Shown here piece by piece: positions 36,594-46,591 of a DNA stretch of 50,014 bases. Made by a program: the position numbers and the translations under genes. The DNA lies in IMG/VR virus record IMGVR_UViG_3300031673_000079, positions 1 through 50,014 of that record; one strand, given 5' to 3'. Source of the DNA: a virus. The notes under the pieces were generated by a model. That model saw nothing but the letters and a program-made list of their open reading frames with translations, did not search any database and was not told the origin of the DNA. Position 1 is the first letter of the stretch; every line of letters begins with the position of its first letter.

Positions 36594-36685
36594 AAATTAC
36601 CCCCATCCACTTCGAGCGTGTTGTCGTCGATCACCGCGAGCCGCGTGTCGGCCTGGGCGAATTGCGGGCTATATCTGAGGTACAT
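36590..36685 (-). pseudogene. 31-codon GC-rich remnant of an alternative fibre-chaperone allele
   Basis: MYLRYSPQFAQADTRLAVIDDNTLEVDG aligns by eye with MKLKYIGINNVTEDTEIVLVNATTLKING of the next gene. Confidence 0.6.
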
Positions 36686-37471
36686 CTAGCGCCACCTTCC
36701 AGAAGCTCTCCAATTTATTAGTCCCGAAGTATGGGGCGTTGCATTCGCATCATATACCCATGCGTAAATAGAACCAACAAGCCTAGAAGCTGGATTGGAG
36801 CTAACCATGTTTGCTGAATTAGCTATTTCACCATTTCCGTTTATTTCATAGGTTGTGTCTATAAATGGTACAGGAAATGTAATCAGTGTTGGATACGCCG
36901 TAATTGTACCCAACTTATATTCTTCCATCGTCCCATCGGAGAACTGGATAAAGCTCCCGTTGGAGTTGGAGCCGGATATCTGCCAATCATCAGAAGTGAC
37001 ATTCCCACTACTATCTACATAAATATTAAACATTAAATTGTTGCTAACACCAGAAGTAGAATATAAAGTATTACCTGTAGCTGAAATAGGAACCCAGACA
37101 CTATCTCCGCTTCCTGTAGTTATCGTTAATGTATATGGGCCACCTGAACCTGCTACAAGACTGGCCGAGGGAATATATACTTTATAGCTCTTAACTCCAT
37201 TTTGAGTTGACGCATTAAAATACAAAGTTATCGTTCTATTACTAGAAGTCGTTCCGCTAATAGCTATAATTTCATTAGTAATATCCCCAATAGTACCAGT
37301 ATAGTTAGAAGAACTTATATTTATATTAAGCGCACCCACATTATTACTAGCTAATATAGCCCCCATTCCAGATTCATACGTAGTCATAGCAACTATCCCC
37401 GCCGCAGGTACAGACATACCTGAAGGAACCATCGACCAATCAAGGCCGGATAAGGCAGTTTGATAGCTCAT
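36686..37471 (-). CDS. Short tail fibre / receptor-binding protein
   Basis: C-terminal GSNSNGSFIQFSDGTM...ITFPVPF...W.A.GRW fibre-tip domain. Confidence 0.75.
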   Translation of the reverse strand: MSYQTALSGLDWSMVPSGMSVPAAGIVAMTTYESGMGAILASNNVGALNINISSSNYTGTIGDITNEIIAISGTTSSNRTITLYFNASTQNGVKSYKVYIPSASLVAGSGGPYTLTITTGSGDSVWVPISATGNTLYSTSGVSNNLMFNIYVDSSGNVTSDDWQISGSNSNGSFIQFSDGTMEEYKLGTITAYPTLITFPVPFIDTTYEINGNGEIANSANMVSSNPASRLVGSIYAWVYDANATPHTSGLINWRASGRWR

Positions 37472-38031
37472 GGCGATAGTAGTCCTTGTAGCTGTGCTAT
37501 AGTAGAAGAAGAAATAAAATGATAGGGAGGAGGCCCTTGCGTAGTTAAAGATTCAAGAATAGTAGCTAAAGATTGCGCAGCGTTCTTTATTTGAAATAGC
37601 CCATTAACTATATTGATCTGCGCTATAGATTGTGCATTATTTGTAGCTAAAGGAATAGCTTTTAGAGTATTCAAACTATAGTGCGCAAACACTGAAGCAG
37701 TGTGCGGTAATGCGTCAGCAGTACTTTCCACTAAATCTTTTAACCCAACTAATAGTACGGGATCACCAGTCTGTAACTCAAAATTCATCGAAAACATAGC
37801 GCCCGATAAGAAAAGAACTTCAACACTTTTCGTTCTTGTAGGAAAATTTTCAGGTACGAACCCCTGCGGTGGATAACGAGGAGTACTGCATATAGAATGA
37901 AGAACATCTACTGTTCCGTCTCCGTTATTAACTTCTACTGTACCGTAATCAATAATGAACTTAGAAGCTATGAGACTATTTATCACGTCTCTATCGGACG
38001 TGCCAAAATTATCTACAATATAGTCTACCAT
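37468..38031 (-). CDS. Baseplate spike-like protein
   Basis: OB-fold-like G.V...DGTVDV...L..GD.VLL; position after the hub. Confidence 0.6.
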   Translation of the reverse strand: MVDYIVDNFGTSDRDVINSLIASKFIIDYGTVEVNNGDGTVDVLHSICSTPRYPPQGFVPENFPTRTKSVEVLFLSGAMFSMNFELQTGDPVLLVGLKDLVESTADALPHTASVFAHYSLNTLKAIPLATNNAQSIAQINIVNGLFQIKNAAQSLATILESLTTQGPPPYHFISSSTIAQLQGLLSP

Positions 38032-39047
38032 GGCATCCTCGTAAAATCATTCCAAGTAGGAGCAGGAGGGTCGAGAGTAAATAGCTCCATAGTATTCGTT
38101 CGTCCTGTAGTACTAAACTCAAAAGATACTGTAATAACATTCTGTATAGCCGAAACAGGCCCGGCTTGCGCACCCCCTAACGATTGGTTAAATATCTTAG
38201 GATTAAATTTTATCTGATCATTGGGGAGAATGCCAGGAATCCACGGAGCTTTTATATGATAAGAAGCTGCGTCTTTAGTGGCGCTTGTCACATAATTTAG
38301 CTCCCAAGGACTTTCAGTAAAAGCCATATATCTATGTGTGACTCTTATTAGTTCCCCGAACACTTGTATATTTAATAAATATTCATTCTTCAAATCGTTA
38401 AATATATCATTAACAGAACCTCCTGGAGTGCTATAGTGTTGACGCATTAAAGGATAAGAAAGAGCCCTATCACTCGGACTATCTACAGCTTTATAGCTAA
38501 AGAACTGTGAAGTATTATTCATATAGGGAATTACAAAGTTAACGACATCCCCTATAGTACTCCCCCCACTAAAAGTATGCGAAGGAACAGGATTAGTCAT
38601 ATAATTATTGAATTCACCAAGAAGGAGCGTTATATTAGTAATACTATCGGGACCGGGTTTCTCCTCGGAAGCGGTCATTATTTTACCTTTGAACTGTGCG
38701 GCTGTTCTAGGGTCAGAAATATATCCAGCTTCTACAACTAAAAGGCTATCCATAAATTTATCTGCGTATAACCAAATAGGGAAAGGAGCAGCTAGATTCG
38801 TAACACGTATAGATAACCCCGGTACTCCTACAGTATTTACAAATGTACCAGTAATTGTTATTTCTGGTTTACGATTCATAGTAGGAGCTAATACGAGGGG
38901 ACTAACACCAGGAGGCAACGACTTAGTAGGAAAACTAGAATTAGGCGATCCAGGAGTTATTACAGAAAAATCAGGAGACTTAGGGTTATTACTTTTGCCG
39001 TAAAATTGGAGGTCCACGTATTTATCAAATAAGGAGATTGTTGACAT
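38025..39047 (-). CDS. Baseplate hub protein
   Basis: I.VTNL...VEAGY......F.G.I pattern; 340 aa; synteny. Confidence 0.65.
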   Translation of the reverse strand: MSTISLFDKYVDLQFYGKSNNPKSPDFSVITPGSPNSSFPTKSLPPGVSPLVLAPTMNRKPEITITGTFVNTVGVPGLSIRVTNLAAPFPIWLYADKFMDSLLVVEAGYISDPRTAAQFKGKIMTASEEKPGPDSITNITLLLGEFNNYMTNPVPSHTFSGGSTIGDVVNFVIPYMNNTSQFFSYKAVDSPSDRALSYPLMRQHYSTPGGSVNDIFNDLKNEYLLNIQVFGELIRVTHRYMAFTESPWELNYVTSATKDAASYHIKAPWIPGILPNDQIKFNPKIFNQSLGGAQAGPVSAIQNVITVSFEFSTTGRTNTMELFTLDPPAPTWNDFTRMPW

Positions 39048-39358
39048 TACGATCTCCTATCTATAAGATACATAGACACATTGTTAATGTCGTTAATACC
39101 GGGTTCAGCTATAGGAGAAGCAAATAACAAACAATAATCAGGGTAGCCACTCCATGCTATATTATTGTTGTATACCGCCGCTTCTCTTACCAGCTGCAAG
39201 TCGCTATTCGTATTAGAAGGAGGAGTAGCATAGCATGTCCAATGAGAATTAATGAATATAAAAGAGAAGTTCCATCCTCCTCCTGCTATAGAAGTACTAA
39301 AATTAAATGAGTACGTATTTGTAGCTATACTAGGCATGTTTATTTGATACGTTGTCAT
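39047..39358 (-). CDS. Small baseplate (plug-like) protein
   Basis: 103 aa, beta-rich, between tube initiator and hub. Confidence 0.55.
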   Translation of the reverse strand: MTTYQINMPSIATNTYSFNFSTSIAGGGWNFSFIFINSHWTCYATPPSNTNSDLQLVREAAVYNNNIAWSGYPDYCLLFASPIAEPGINDINNVSMYLIDRRS

Positions 39359-39370
39359 TTAGAGTGTGCC

Positions 39371-40231
39371 TTATGGAGAATTAAATACAGGCCCAAATAG
39401 ACTAGTATTTTTTCGATTAGACGTAACTGCGCTAGAAGTATTTCCTACTGAAGTATTGGACATAGTATCTGCGCCCACATTTATTTTTTGCCCCGCATAA
39501 GGGGAGGATATATTAGCACTTACTGTCAATATATTCAATTCATGTATAACTACTTGTATTCCTAATTTATTCTGAGCCTGTGGCGTTCGACTTATAGTAA
39601 GTTCAGACATTACAGCATTAGTAATAGTCTCATTATCTCTCGTTTTGAAGAAAAAAGGAAGACGAGAGTAAAATAAAGTTTCTAAATATTTCTGTTTTGC
39701 TATAAGAGAGGATATAAGTATATTACGAACTTCGAGCGCCGCTTGCCCTAATCCTACTATACTATTGAATACTCCCGGAGTACCAGAAGAAGAAGATGAA
39801 GGAATAGCTCCTAGCATCGTTATTGCCGACCCTAGAACATCTGTATTAAGATCACCAGATAAGTATCCTGTTATTCTCCATGACCGAGGGCGAGGAGCTA
39901 TACTGTCTGTAAGCCAATATTTACCAACAGCCATACCATTAGTCCCCGTTGTTCCGACAGTAGGACTCGGAGTAACATTAACAATAAGTTGTTCGGATAC
40001 ATCAGCAGAATACTCCGTTCGATACTGCGTCGGTTCTATACGAACACCACCAGACACGTAGTTTCCTGTTACTTCAGAAGCTAAATTAGCTGCGGCTTGT
40101 AGCTCTTCGCTTCCTAAATTATCGGCATTTATATTTCCTCCAATAACAGGTTGATTTAAGTATGAAGTTATGAGATTGAGAAACTGACTTGATACGGCAA
40201 TCGTGGTTTGCGCCGCTCCGATTACACTCAT
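39371..40231 (-). CDS. Tail tube initiator / Dit-like protein
   Basis: Follows the tape measure; D.I...PR.W.ITG motif. Confidence 0.55.
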   Translation of the reverse strand: MSVIGAAQTTIAVSSQFLNLITSYLNQPVIGGNINADNLGSEELQAAANLASEVTGNYVSGGVRIEPTQYRTEYSADVSEQLIVNVTPSPTVGTTGTNGMAVGKYWLTDSIAPRPRSWRITGYLSGDLNTDVLGSAITMLGAIPSSSSSGTPGVFNSIVGLGQAALEVRNILISSLIAKQKYLETLFYSRLPFFFKTRDNETITNAVMSELTISRTPQAQNKLGIQVVIHELNILTVSANISSPYAGQKINVGADTMSNTSVGNTSSAVTSNRKNTSLFGPVFNSP

Positions 40232-40245
40232 TATTTATTCCCCAT

Positions 40246-41577
40246 TTAGTTCTTACTTCCAGTATCATACCACTTGTTAATGCCCTTAATCACTTTAGCA
40301 GGTGATTCTATACCATCAACGTAGACGTGTATTATCGTATAAGCTTCCTTTGCAGGAATACCGGCAGCCTCTAATTCTGTCATTTGATCCTTTTCACTTA
40401 GACTAGTAAAAGCATTTCTACCATATATATCTACAGACATTAACTGAGTTGTTACTGCTCCTAATTGACTTGGAACAGCCTCTATACTAAAATTATTCTT
40501 AAACCACTTGCCTACATTACTAAAAAACGTAGTCATATCGGCGCCTATTTTTTTAGTGACTGCTGGATTCCATATATCTGTATCTTTAGTCATCTTATCA
40601 CTAAACTTTGTCCATTTTCCAAACAGAGTGGCTACCCATTCAAAAGCCTTAGCCAAACCTATAAAAAGTTCTATAACACCAGCAAAATCATGCGCTAACT
40701 CTTTTATAGCATCTGAGATACTGCTTTTATTTTTTATCATATACTCAAATAAATCTTTTAGAGCAGGAGCTATATCTCCTCCTACTGTACTAGCAAATAA
40801 TTGCCCCTGAGAACCAAAAGTTGTATTAACTGCGTTAAGCGCAGTAGCTCCTTCTGATCCTTGTTGCATACTTTTGTCTGTAGTATATGTAGACCCTTTC
40901 CCAAAATATCTAAGAAAGTCACTCATATTATTTATGCCAAAGAGCTTTCTATTTTTTGCATCCGCTAGAAAACCAAATACTTGATCAAGCCCTCCACCTA
41001 AACTAGCCTTTCTTAATCTATCAGTAATTGTAGCAGCAGAAACTCCCGCCGCTAATTGGCGTAAAGCTAAATTAACTAAATCAGTAGCAACTTCTGTACC
41101 ATTCTTATTTCTCTCTTGACTTATATCTCCACCCAGCAGACCCATATACTTTGCTTGTTCGGTGCTCATGTCCCCCGAACTTATTGCTCCCATCGCTAGA
41201 CCTAAGTTACTAGCTGTAGCTCTGGCCGCAGGACCGCTTATTCCAATAGCACCAAAAGCATTTTGAAATGTTTGTAGCTCATTAGGTTTCATACCTAATG
41301 TATAAGCCGCTAAGGTAGTTGTTAAAGTCGCTTGATTAGATTTAGCTACATTATCAAAAAGACCTTTTAAAGCCGAGGCTACTTCTTTTATTATATATAT
41401 ACTAGAAGCTAGCTTAACTGTAAAATTAGCCCAATCATCTGTAGCCGTCCGAGTATGGTTCCCCGTGGTCTTTATCTGAGCATCAAGAAGAATAAGTGAA
41501 CGCATCCCTTGATTAAAGTCGTCTTGAGCAACAACTAATCGGAGACGCGCAAAATATCCACCAATTTCTTCAGCCAT
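40246..41577 (-). CDS. Tape measure protein (short, 443 aa)
   Basis: Ala/Gly-rich helical protein after the chaperone pair; MAEEI..YF..L.L N-terminus. Confidence 0.75.
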   Translation of the reverse strand: MAEEIGGYFARLRLVVAQDDFNQGMRSLILLDAQIKTTGNHTRTATDDWANFTVKLASSIYIIKEVASALKGLFDNVAKSNQATLTTTLAAYTLGMKPNELQTFQNAFGAIGISGPAARATASNLGLAMGAISSGDMSTEQAKYMGLLGGDISQERNKNGTEVATDLVNLALRQLAAGVSAATITDRLRKASLGGGLDQVFGFLADAKNRKLFGINNMSDFLRYFGKGSTYTTDKSMQQGSEGATALNAVNTTFGSQGQLFASTVGGDIAPALKDLFEYMIKNKSSISDAIKELAHDFAGVIELFIGLAKAFEWVATLFGKWTKFSDKMTKDTDIWNPAVTKKIGADMTTFFSNVGKWFKNNFSIEAVPSQLGAVTTQLMSVDIYGRNAFTSLSEKDQMTELEAAGIPAKEAYTIIHVYVDGIESPAKVIKGINKWYDTGSKN

Positions 41578-41786
41578 TATAACCTCGGACCTTCCAATTC
41601 AACAATAAACTTCAAGGATCGTAGGCCATCATAAAAATCTTCAATATTCAAAGGGTCCCGCCCATACTTACGTAAAAAGAAGTAGTAATCGAAGAGAAAA
41701 ATATTCCCTACTTCACTTTCTACGCGTCTAGTAAAAGCTTGCTGTTCGCCGTTCCCGCCGTCGCTCCGGGATACTACACCTTTTTT
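41577..41786 (-). CDS. Tail chaperone -1 frameshift extension (gpGT-like)
   Basis: Open -1 frame reached through A-AAA-AAG (41786-41780) or A-AAA-AAA (41810-41804). Confidence 0.65.
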   Translation of the reverse strand, partial: KKGVVSRSDGGNGEQQAFTRRVESEVGNIFLFDYYFFLRKYGRDPLNIEDFYDGLRSLKFIVELEGPRL

Positions 41787-42172
41787 ATTTGCGGCGGAAT
41801 GGATTTTTTTATGACCTCCGCTATACACACGTTTATAATGAACTGTAAGGCCAAGGGATAGTCAACAAAAACTTGCTGAGTCTCCCATGGCATTTCTAAA
41901 TCATTCATAACAAATCTACCAACTTCGTTATCATTGTATTTAACAGACACAATTCTATTTAGAAGGCAGTACCTAGTAAGATGGTCCATTTGATCTAAAT
42001 TGGCTCCTGCCTCGAAACTCATAGCTTTTATGATCTCAAGAACAGGAGGATTATTTACTTTAGCAGGACTCATATCCCCATTAAAAAGCTCGAAAGAAAA
42101 TTTACCTGCGTTAATAATACTGTTATTGATAGTTTCTTGTAAACCGCGAGTCGCCTCACTCGTATATTCCAT
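41774..42172 (-). CDS. Tail assembly chaperone (gpG-like, 132 aa)
   Basis: ATG at 42172 right after the tube stop; ends in slippery A-runs. Confidence 0.75.
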   Translation of the reverse strand: MEYTSEATRGLQETINNSIINAGKFSFELFNGDMSPAKVNNPPVLEIIKAMSFEAGANLDQMDHLTRYCLLNRIVSVKYNDNEVGRFVMNDLEMPWETQQVFVDYPLALQFIINVCIAEVIKKSIPPQIKKV

Positions 42173-42173
42173 C

Positions 42174-42692
42174 TTAATACCTCTGGAAATTAGCGTAATT
42201 GAGAATAACCGGATACACCGGAAGATCATTACCTGCAAGTATAGCAGGAGGACACCGCGCCACAGTGACAGTAGAAAACACAATTTTCATCGTAGAAGAA
42301 GAACCAGCAATTCCCATACCATACGATATAGTAAGAGTGCCGCCTACACTATCCCCAAGAGCTTGAAGAAAATTGGCTATAAGTACCAAGTCCCCGCTAA
42401 GATCGCTATAACTATTCCCGTCGTACCCTCCATTAGCAGGATTTCCTACACGAAGTGTATTAATAGTGACTTTTCCAGCTAGCATAGCATTGGTAATAGT
42501 ACACGTTCCACCATCGACAAGGGGAATGAGTTTACTGTTATCCATTAGCTGATCGGTATGCACAAACACATCCTCTAACTTAAACCCTTTAAGAGTTATT
42601 GGAGTACCTCCTAAAATAAGAGGATGCGAAAAAGAAGGTACGAAATTTCCTACAGTTTGAACAGTGTTGGTTCCTGTGCTAGGAATAGCCAT
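42174..42692 (-). CDS. Tail tube protein
   Basis: 172 aa, beta-rich, directly after the sheath; RBS AAGGAG. Confidence 0.7.
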   Translation of the reverse strand: MAIPSTGTNTVQTVGNFVPSFSHPLILGGTPITLKGFKLEDVFVHTDQLMDNSKLIPLVDGGTCTITNAMLAGKVTINTLRVGNPANGGYDGNSYSDLSGDLVLIANFLQALGDSVGGTLTISYGMGIAGSSSTMKIVFSTVTVARCPPAILAGNDLPVYPVILNYANFQRY

Positions 42693-42702
42693 AATTTACT
42701 CC

Positions 42703-43911
42703 TTAACTAGCCGAGATATAAAGCGTACCGTTAACAGTTACGTTACGCACGTTATCATTAAAAGTAGCGGTCCAAGCATTAGGAACAATAATAGTCTGCC
42801 CATTAGAAAGAGGCGCTACAACGGACCATGCAGGAGCAGTTATAGCTGCACCAGTAAATCTTCCTATCCCTGTAAACGCATTCATATATCCCATTATAAT
42901 AGAAAGTATAGCCTGATATGTGGTATTATTCTTAAACCTATTATACTGAGCTAGATACGTGGCCGTAGTAACAGCAGACATATAATCGATATATCCTGTA
43001 ACCCACTGAGCAGAAGGCAAATTATTAAGGACAGTATGACCGCCTCTAAGCGCCACTTGCCCCGTAGTATTACCGATATACAAGAAATAACCTACGTTAA
43101 TAGAAGCGAGGGTAGCCATTTGAGTAGGAGTTAGATTTGTGTTCCCTGCTCCTGACGGACCGATAATACCAGTAGCCAACATATCAAGAGAATTACCGAC
43201 AGAAGTTCCCGTTGCATTTAAGTATCCTAATGAAAGACCTAACTGTACTAAAGCACCAGATACTTCACAAGTGCCCGTTCCACACGTAACAGTATTACCG
43301 TCGTATATAGGAACAACATCGTATCCGTTGGCATGGCACTGATACACACTAGTACCAGAGGCGGCAGTAAGTACTCCTACATCCGATGTATCTATCCAAC
43401 ACTGAGAAAGCAAATTAACGTCAGGTTGACATAAAGAAGCTAACGCGACTTTAGCCGTTGTGTTACTAAAATTTCCGCTAGTACCGTTAGTTATCATCTT
43501 GAAATAAGCGTACATCTTATAAGCGTTATACTGAGTAGTTAGCGCCGTCACTGATCCAGAGGGGAAGACAGTTCCACCAGAAGTAGCAGAATCATCATAA
43601 ATAGCTATGTAAATGTTACTAAGATTATTATTACCCGAGAAGAACTCATTAAGCCATACAAGAAGTGGTCCTCCTACCTGGGTAGAATAATTCTGACCAT
43701 TAAGAGTATAAAGAGAACCTACAGCCGGAGCCGTTCCTGAAGCTGTAAAATAATTACCCAGCGTTCCTGTATTGGCTACAGCTTCACCAGAGCCGACAAA
43801 AAGAAGCACACTGTTAAAGTTAGCACCAGGAACAGCGTTAATCTGAAATGTACTTGCGAATGAAATAAAATTCTGCGCAATAGAACCTATGTAATCTCCA
43901 GGGTTGGCCAT
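42703..43911 (-). CDS. Tail sheath protein
   Basis: 402 aa; C-terminal L..INV.YF...W...YI...V.NV.V.G typical of sheaths; synteny. Confidence 0.75.
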   Translation of the reverse strand: MANPGDYIGSIAQNFISFASTFQINAVPGANFNSVLLFVGSGEAVANTGTLGNYFTASGTAPAVGSLYTLNGQNYSTQVGGPLLVWLNEFFSGNNNLSNIYIAIYDDSATSGGTVFPSGSVTALTTQYNAYKMYAYFKMITNGTSGNFSNTTAKVALASLCQPDVNLLSQCWIDTSDVGVLTAASGTSVYQCHANGYDVVPIYDGNTVTCGTGTCEVSGALVQLGLSLGYLNATGTSVGNSLDMLATGIIGPSGAGNTNLTPTQMATLASINVGYFLYIGNTTGQVALRGGHTVLNNLPSAQWVTGYIDYMSAVTTATYLAQYNRFKNNTTYQAILSIIMGYMNAFTGIGRFTGAAITAPAWSVVAPLSNGQTIIVPNAWTATFNDNVRNVTVNGTLYISAS

Positions 43912-43926
43912 TGTTTTCTCCTATAT

Positions 43927-44481
43927 TTAAGACGGAATAATTAGACTACCACTAATAGTAGTACCCGTCACTACTACAGTATCATTAACATAAACATGAA
44001 TAGCAGAAGCCCATTCTATTCTTATACGTGTATTATAAGAAAGTATCGTGTTGCTACGATTAGTGTATTCTGCACCGCCTTGATAAAAATCAGTTACCGT
44101 GTACCCACCTTCAATGCCCATAAGTTGCGCATCCATATCGTTAAATGTACTTTGCACATCTGATCTATCTAGCCAATGTGAAACACTCTCGGCTAACTGC
44201 TGTGACGTTTCGCCTACAAATTGTAAATCAACATCGGATGTATAAAATACTACATCATACATATTCAAGGCGTCTTTAGAATCGTTTACTTGAAACGGTA
44301 GATTTCTTGGCTTGGCATTTTTAATTCTATACGCTACCCAAGTATTAGGTTTACCGCTCCCAACGTTAGAAAAATAGTCTTGAGGGTTGAACCACGTACC
44401 TTGCTTTAGAACAATGTACTGATCTGGTACTCCGAATATAGTAGCTAAACCAGACGCTAAAGTAGTATGATTCAAACTCAT
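43927..44481 (-). CDS. Tail terminator / neck protein
   Basis: Precedes the sheath; DVDLQFVG..S..LA pattern. Confidence 0.6.
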   Translation of the reverse strand: MSLNHTTLASGLATIFGVPDQYIVLKQGTWFNPQDYFSNVGSGKPNTWVAYRIKNAKPRNLPFQVNDSKDALNMYDVVFYTSDVDLQFVGETSQQLAESVSHWLDRSDVQSTFNDMDAQLMGIEGGYTVTDFYQGGAEYTNRSNTILSYNTRIRIEWASAIHVYVNDTVVVTGTTISGSLIIPS

Positions 44482-44921
44482 AAAAATGACCCCGGGCCAA
44501 AATCATAATTTAAGGACGCTATTGCTAACCCATTATTTCCTACAAGTTTATTAAGACCATGAATTACTAAACTTCCGGTATCATCAAATATGTTATTAGT
44601 CATAATACGATAGACGTTTGTATCAGTATTTACAATAGTTCCTCCACTTATAATAATTTGATCGGCAAGAAACCATCCTAGATTGAGTTGCGACTCGTAC
44701 CAGAAAAAGGGGGCTTTTTGTAAAACTAAATTACCTTCTGCCATTCTAACTTTTTGTCCTTCAGCAGTAGGCGGAGCAGAATATAATCTCAGTATACCAT
44801 TTATATATGAAAGATTGATTATACTCCCATAACCATCATCTACTTGCGGAGGCATATTAAAATAAGAATATACACCCATTTGCTCTGCAAAAGCAGGAAG
44901 TACGTTGCCATATATACCCAT
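44478..44921 (-). CDS. Head closure-like protein
   Basis: Position and size; coupled overlaps. Confidence 0.5.
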   Translation of the reverse strand: MGIYGNVLPAFAEQMGVYSYFNMPPQVDDGYGSIINLSYINGILRLYSAPPTAEGQKVRMAEGNLVLQKAPFFWYESQLNLGWFLADQIIISGGTIVNTDTNVYRIMTNNIFDDTGSLVIHGLNKLVGNNGLAIASLNYDFGPGSFL

Positions 44922-45406
44922 TACCTTACCACCAATGAAGCTCCACTAGACTGCCCTTTAACATAGATATACACTAAATGGTTCATCAATTCACCTGTAT
45001 CTATATCCGGAAAATCATGCCCTTTTTTATCTATGGTACTTTTTGCGTTAGGCGCTATACCACGAAGAACTCCCTCTTCTAAATATTCTTTAACATTATC
45101 CATACAAACCTGACCAACAAAATCTCCTTCCTTTACACCTTCGTTAATAAGTCGTATGAAGTATTCTCTTACTGCCTCTCGTATTTCACTCTTTCCGTGT
45201 TCCATACCTTCCACAAGATGCGGTCTAGCAGGTACAAAAGCTCCTTGAGGAGTATAATGATCGTAGGCCAAAATCTCCGCTAGTTCTGCCATAGACAAAC
45301 CACTAGAATGTATATCGGAATTGCGATACCCTACCAATATACTATCTTCACCCATTATCTTCTGGAACTTCTCCCAGTTTATTTTAGTGGCATACTCAAA
45401 TGTCAT
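44921..45406 (-). CDS. Neck / tail completion protein
   Basis: VG...H..GLSMAELA...VPARP...PNA.STI.KKG...P.IDTG.L motif. Confidence 0.75.
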   Translation of the reverse strand: MTFEYATKINWEKFQKIMGEDSILVGYRNSDIHSSGLSMAELAEILAYDHYTPQGAFVPARPHLVEGMEHGKSEIREAVREYFIRLINEGVKEGDFVGQVCMDNVKEYLEEGVLRGIAPNAKSTIDKKGHDFPDIDTGELMNHLVYIYVKGQSSGASLVVR

Positions 45407-46176
45407 AAAAGAACCGGGGGTAAACCTTGCGTAGGCATAGGCCAAATACCATCTGATCCGCCGCCAATTCCGAATCTTTCCGGAGCAGATAGTATCATAT
45501 TAAGAGCTCTTAATCCAAACGTATTAGTAGTTAATACTTTCATCTCTTCCTGAATCTTATATTGAACAAAAGTAAGGTCAACTCCACCTAAAGACTTTTT
45601 AACTATAGGCATCCCACCATTACTCACAACACCACTAAGAGATTCACTAAACATATCAGCAAGATACCAAGCTATAAGAAGATTGTACACAAGATTTCTA
45701 GTGGCTATTTGCTGTATATAGCTCTGATTGCCCCAAAAGTTATTAAGAACTCCTGACCATTGAGCATTAATCGCGACAATAGCCTCGCTTATTTCACTAT
45801 AACCACCATCAGTAAAAGTAAAATTTCTTTGGTACATAAAGTCTACAGGACTTTGAGATAAGTACATATTACCAGGAATAGGAGGCTGTGTAGCCAAAAT
45901 AACTTCTACCGCTACTCCTGAACTAGCCATCATATTACCATTAGATAGTACAGCAGAACCCCAAAAATACCATAAACCTGTAATAGTTAAAGTAGAACCA
46001 GATATAATAGTAAAGATATTTCCAGCAGTGATAGGAGAACTGATAGATGCTAAATAATAGCCCTGTACTCCTGAGGGGGTCACATAATTTACATATACAT
46101 TCGATGCCCCAGTAAGATCGCTCACTAGAGCAAAAGTTATAGGTAGCGAGTTACCAAGTATCGAAGTAGATATCAT
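45403..46176 (-). CDS. Head-tail adaptor (DUF4054-like) with extra N-terminal beta domain
   Basis: LLIAWYL...KS.GGV.L.F...T.FG C-terminal half; BppU-like N-terminal half. Confidence 0.6.
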   Translation of the reverse strand: MISTSILGNSLPITFALVSDLTGASNVYVNYVTPSGVQGYYLASISSPITAGNIFTIISGSTLTITGLWYFWGSAVLSNGNMMASSGVAVEVILATQPPIPGNMYLSQSPVDFMYQRNFTFTDGGYSEISEAIVAINAQWSGVLNNFWGNQSYIQQIATRNLVYNLLIAWYLADMFSESLSGVVSNGGMPIVKKSLGGVDLTFVQYKIQEEMKVLTTNTFGLRALNMILSAPERFGIGGGSDGIWPMPTQGLPPVLL

Positions 46177-46193
46177 TATGTTACTGTTTCCTT

Positions 46194-46224
46194 TAAGGGT
46201 GCTAAATAGCTATCTAGCACCCTT
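46194..46224 (-). terminator. Hairpin after the capsid genes
   Basis: TAAGGGTGCTA...TAGCACCCTTA inverted repeat. Confidence 0.55.
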
Positions 46225-46230
46225 ATTAAA

Positions 46231-46572
46231 CTACTTCTTAACCGTAGCTAATTGCGCTTCAAGTTGTGCGTTACGACGAGTGAGTTCTGCGTTCCTTTTG
46301 TTCACTTCATTAAGTAAGTCTGATTGATCCCGATACTTATGAGGAATTTCGTTTATGATACGAATTCCGTTTTGTTGTGAGTCAAGAAGAACTTTGAACT
46401 GTCTATCATCTTTTAACTTCTGATATTGTTCATCACTAAGCACAACTATTGGCTTTTTATCATGACCAGCGGGTATTATAACAAGGGCCTTTTGTTCCCC
46501 CGTCTGGTCAAATAAGGCCCCATCAATGAACTGGAACGCATGAGCTGTAAAACTCTGCACAATTACAGACAT
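46231..46572 (-). CDS. Hypothetical protein after the major capsid gene
   Basis: RBS AGGGAGG; C-terminal coiled coil. Confidence 0.75.
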   Translation of the reverse strand: MSVIVQSFTAHAFQFIDGALFDQTGEQKALVIIPAGHDKKPIVVLSDEQYQKLKDDRQFKVLLDSQQNGIRIINEIPHKYRDQSDLLNEVNKRNAELTRRNAQLEAQLATVKK

Positions 46573-46591
46573 TATTTGCCTCCCTAATGTC

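Noticed and set aside
32924..37471. Diversity-generating retroelement or invertible fibre cassette
   Set aside because: No reverse transcriptase, template/variable repeat pair or invertase seen
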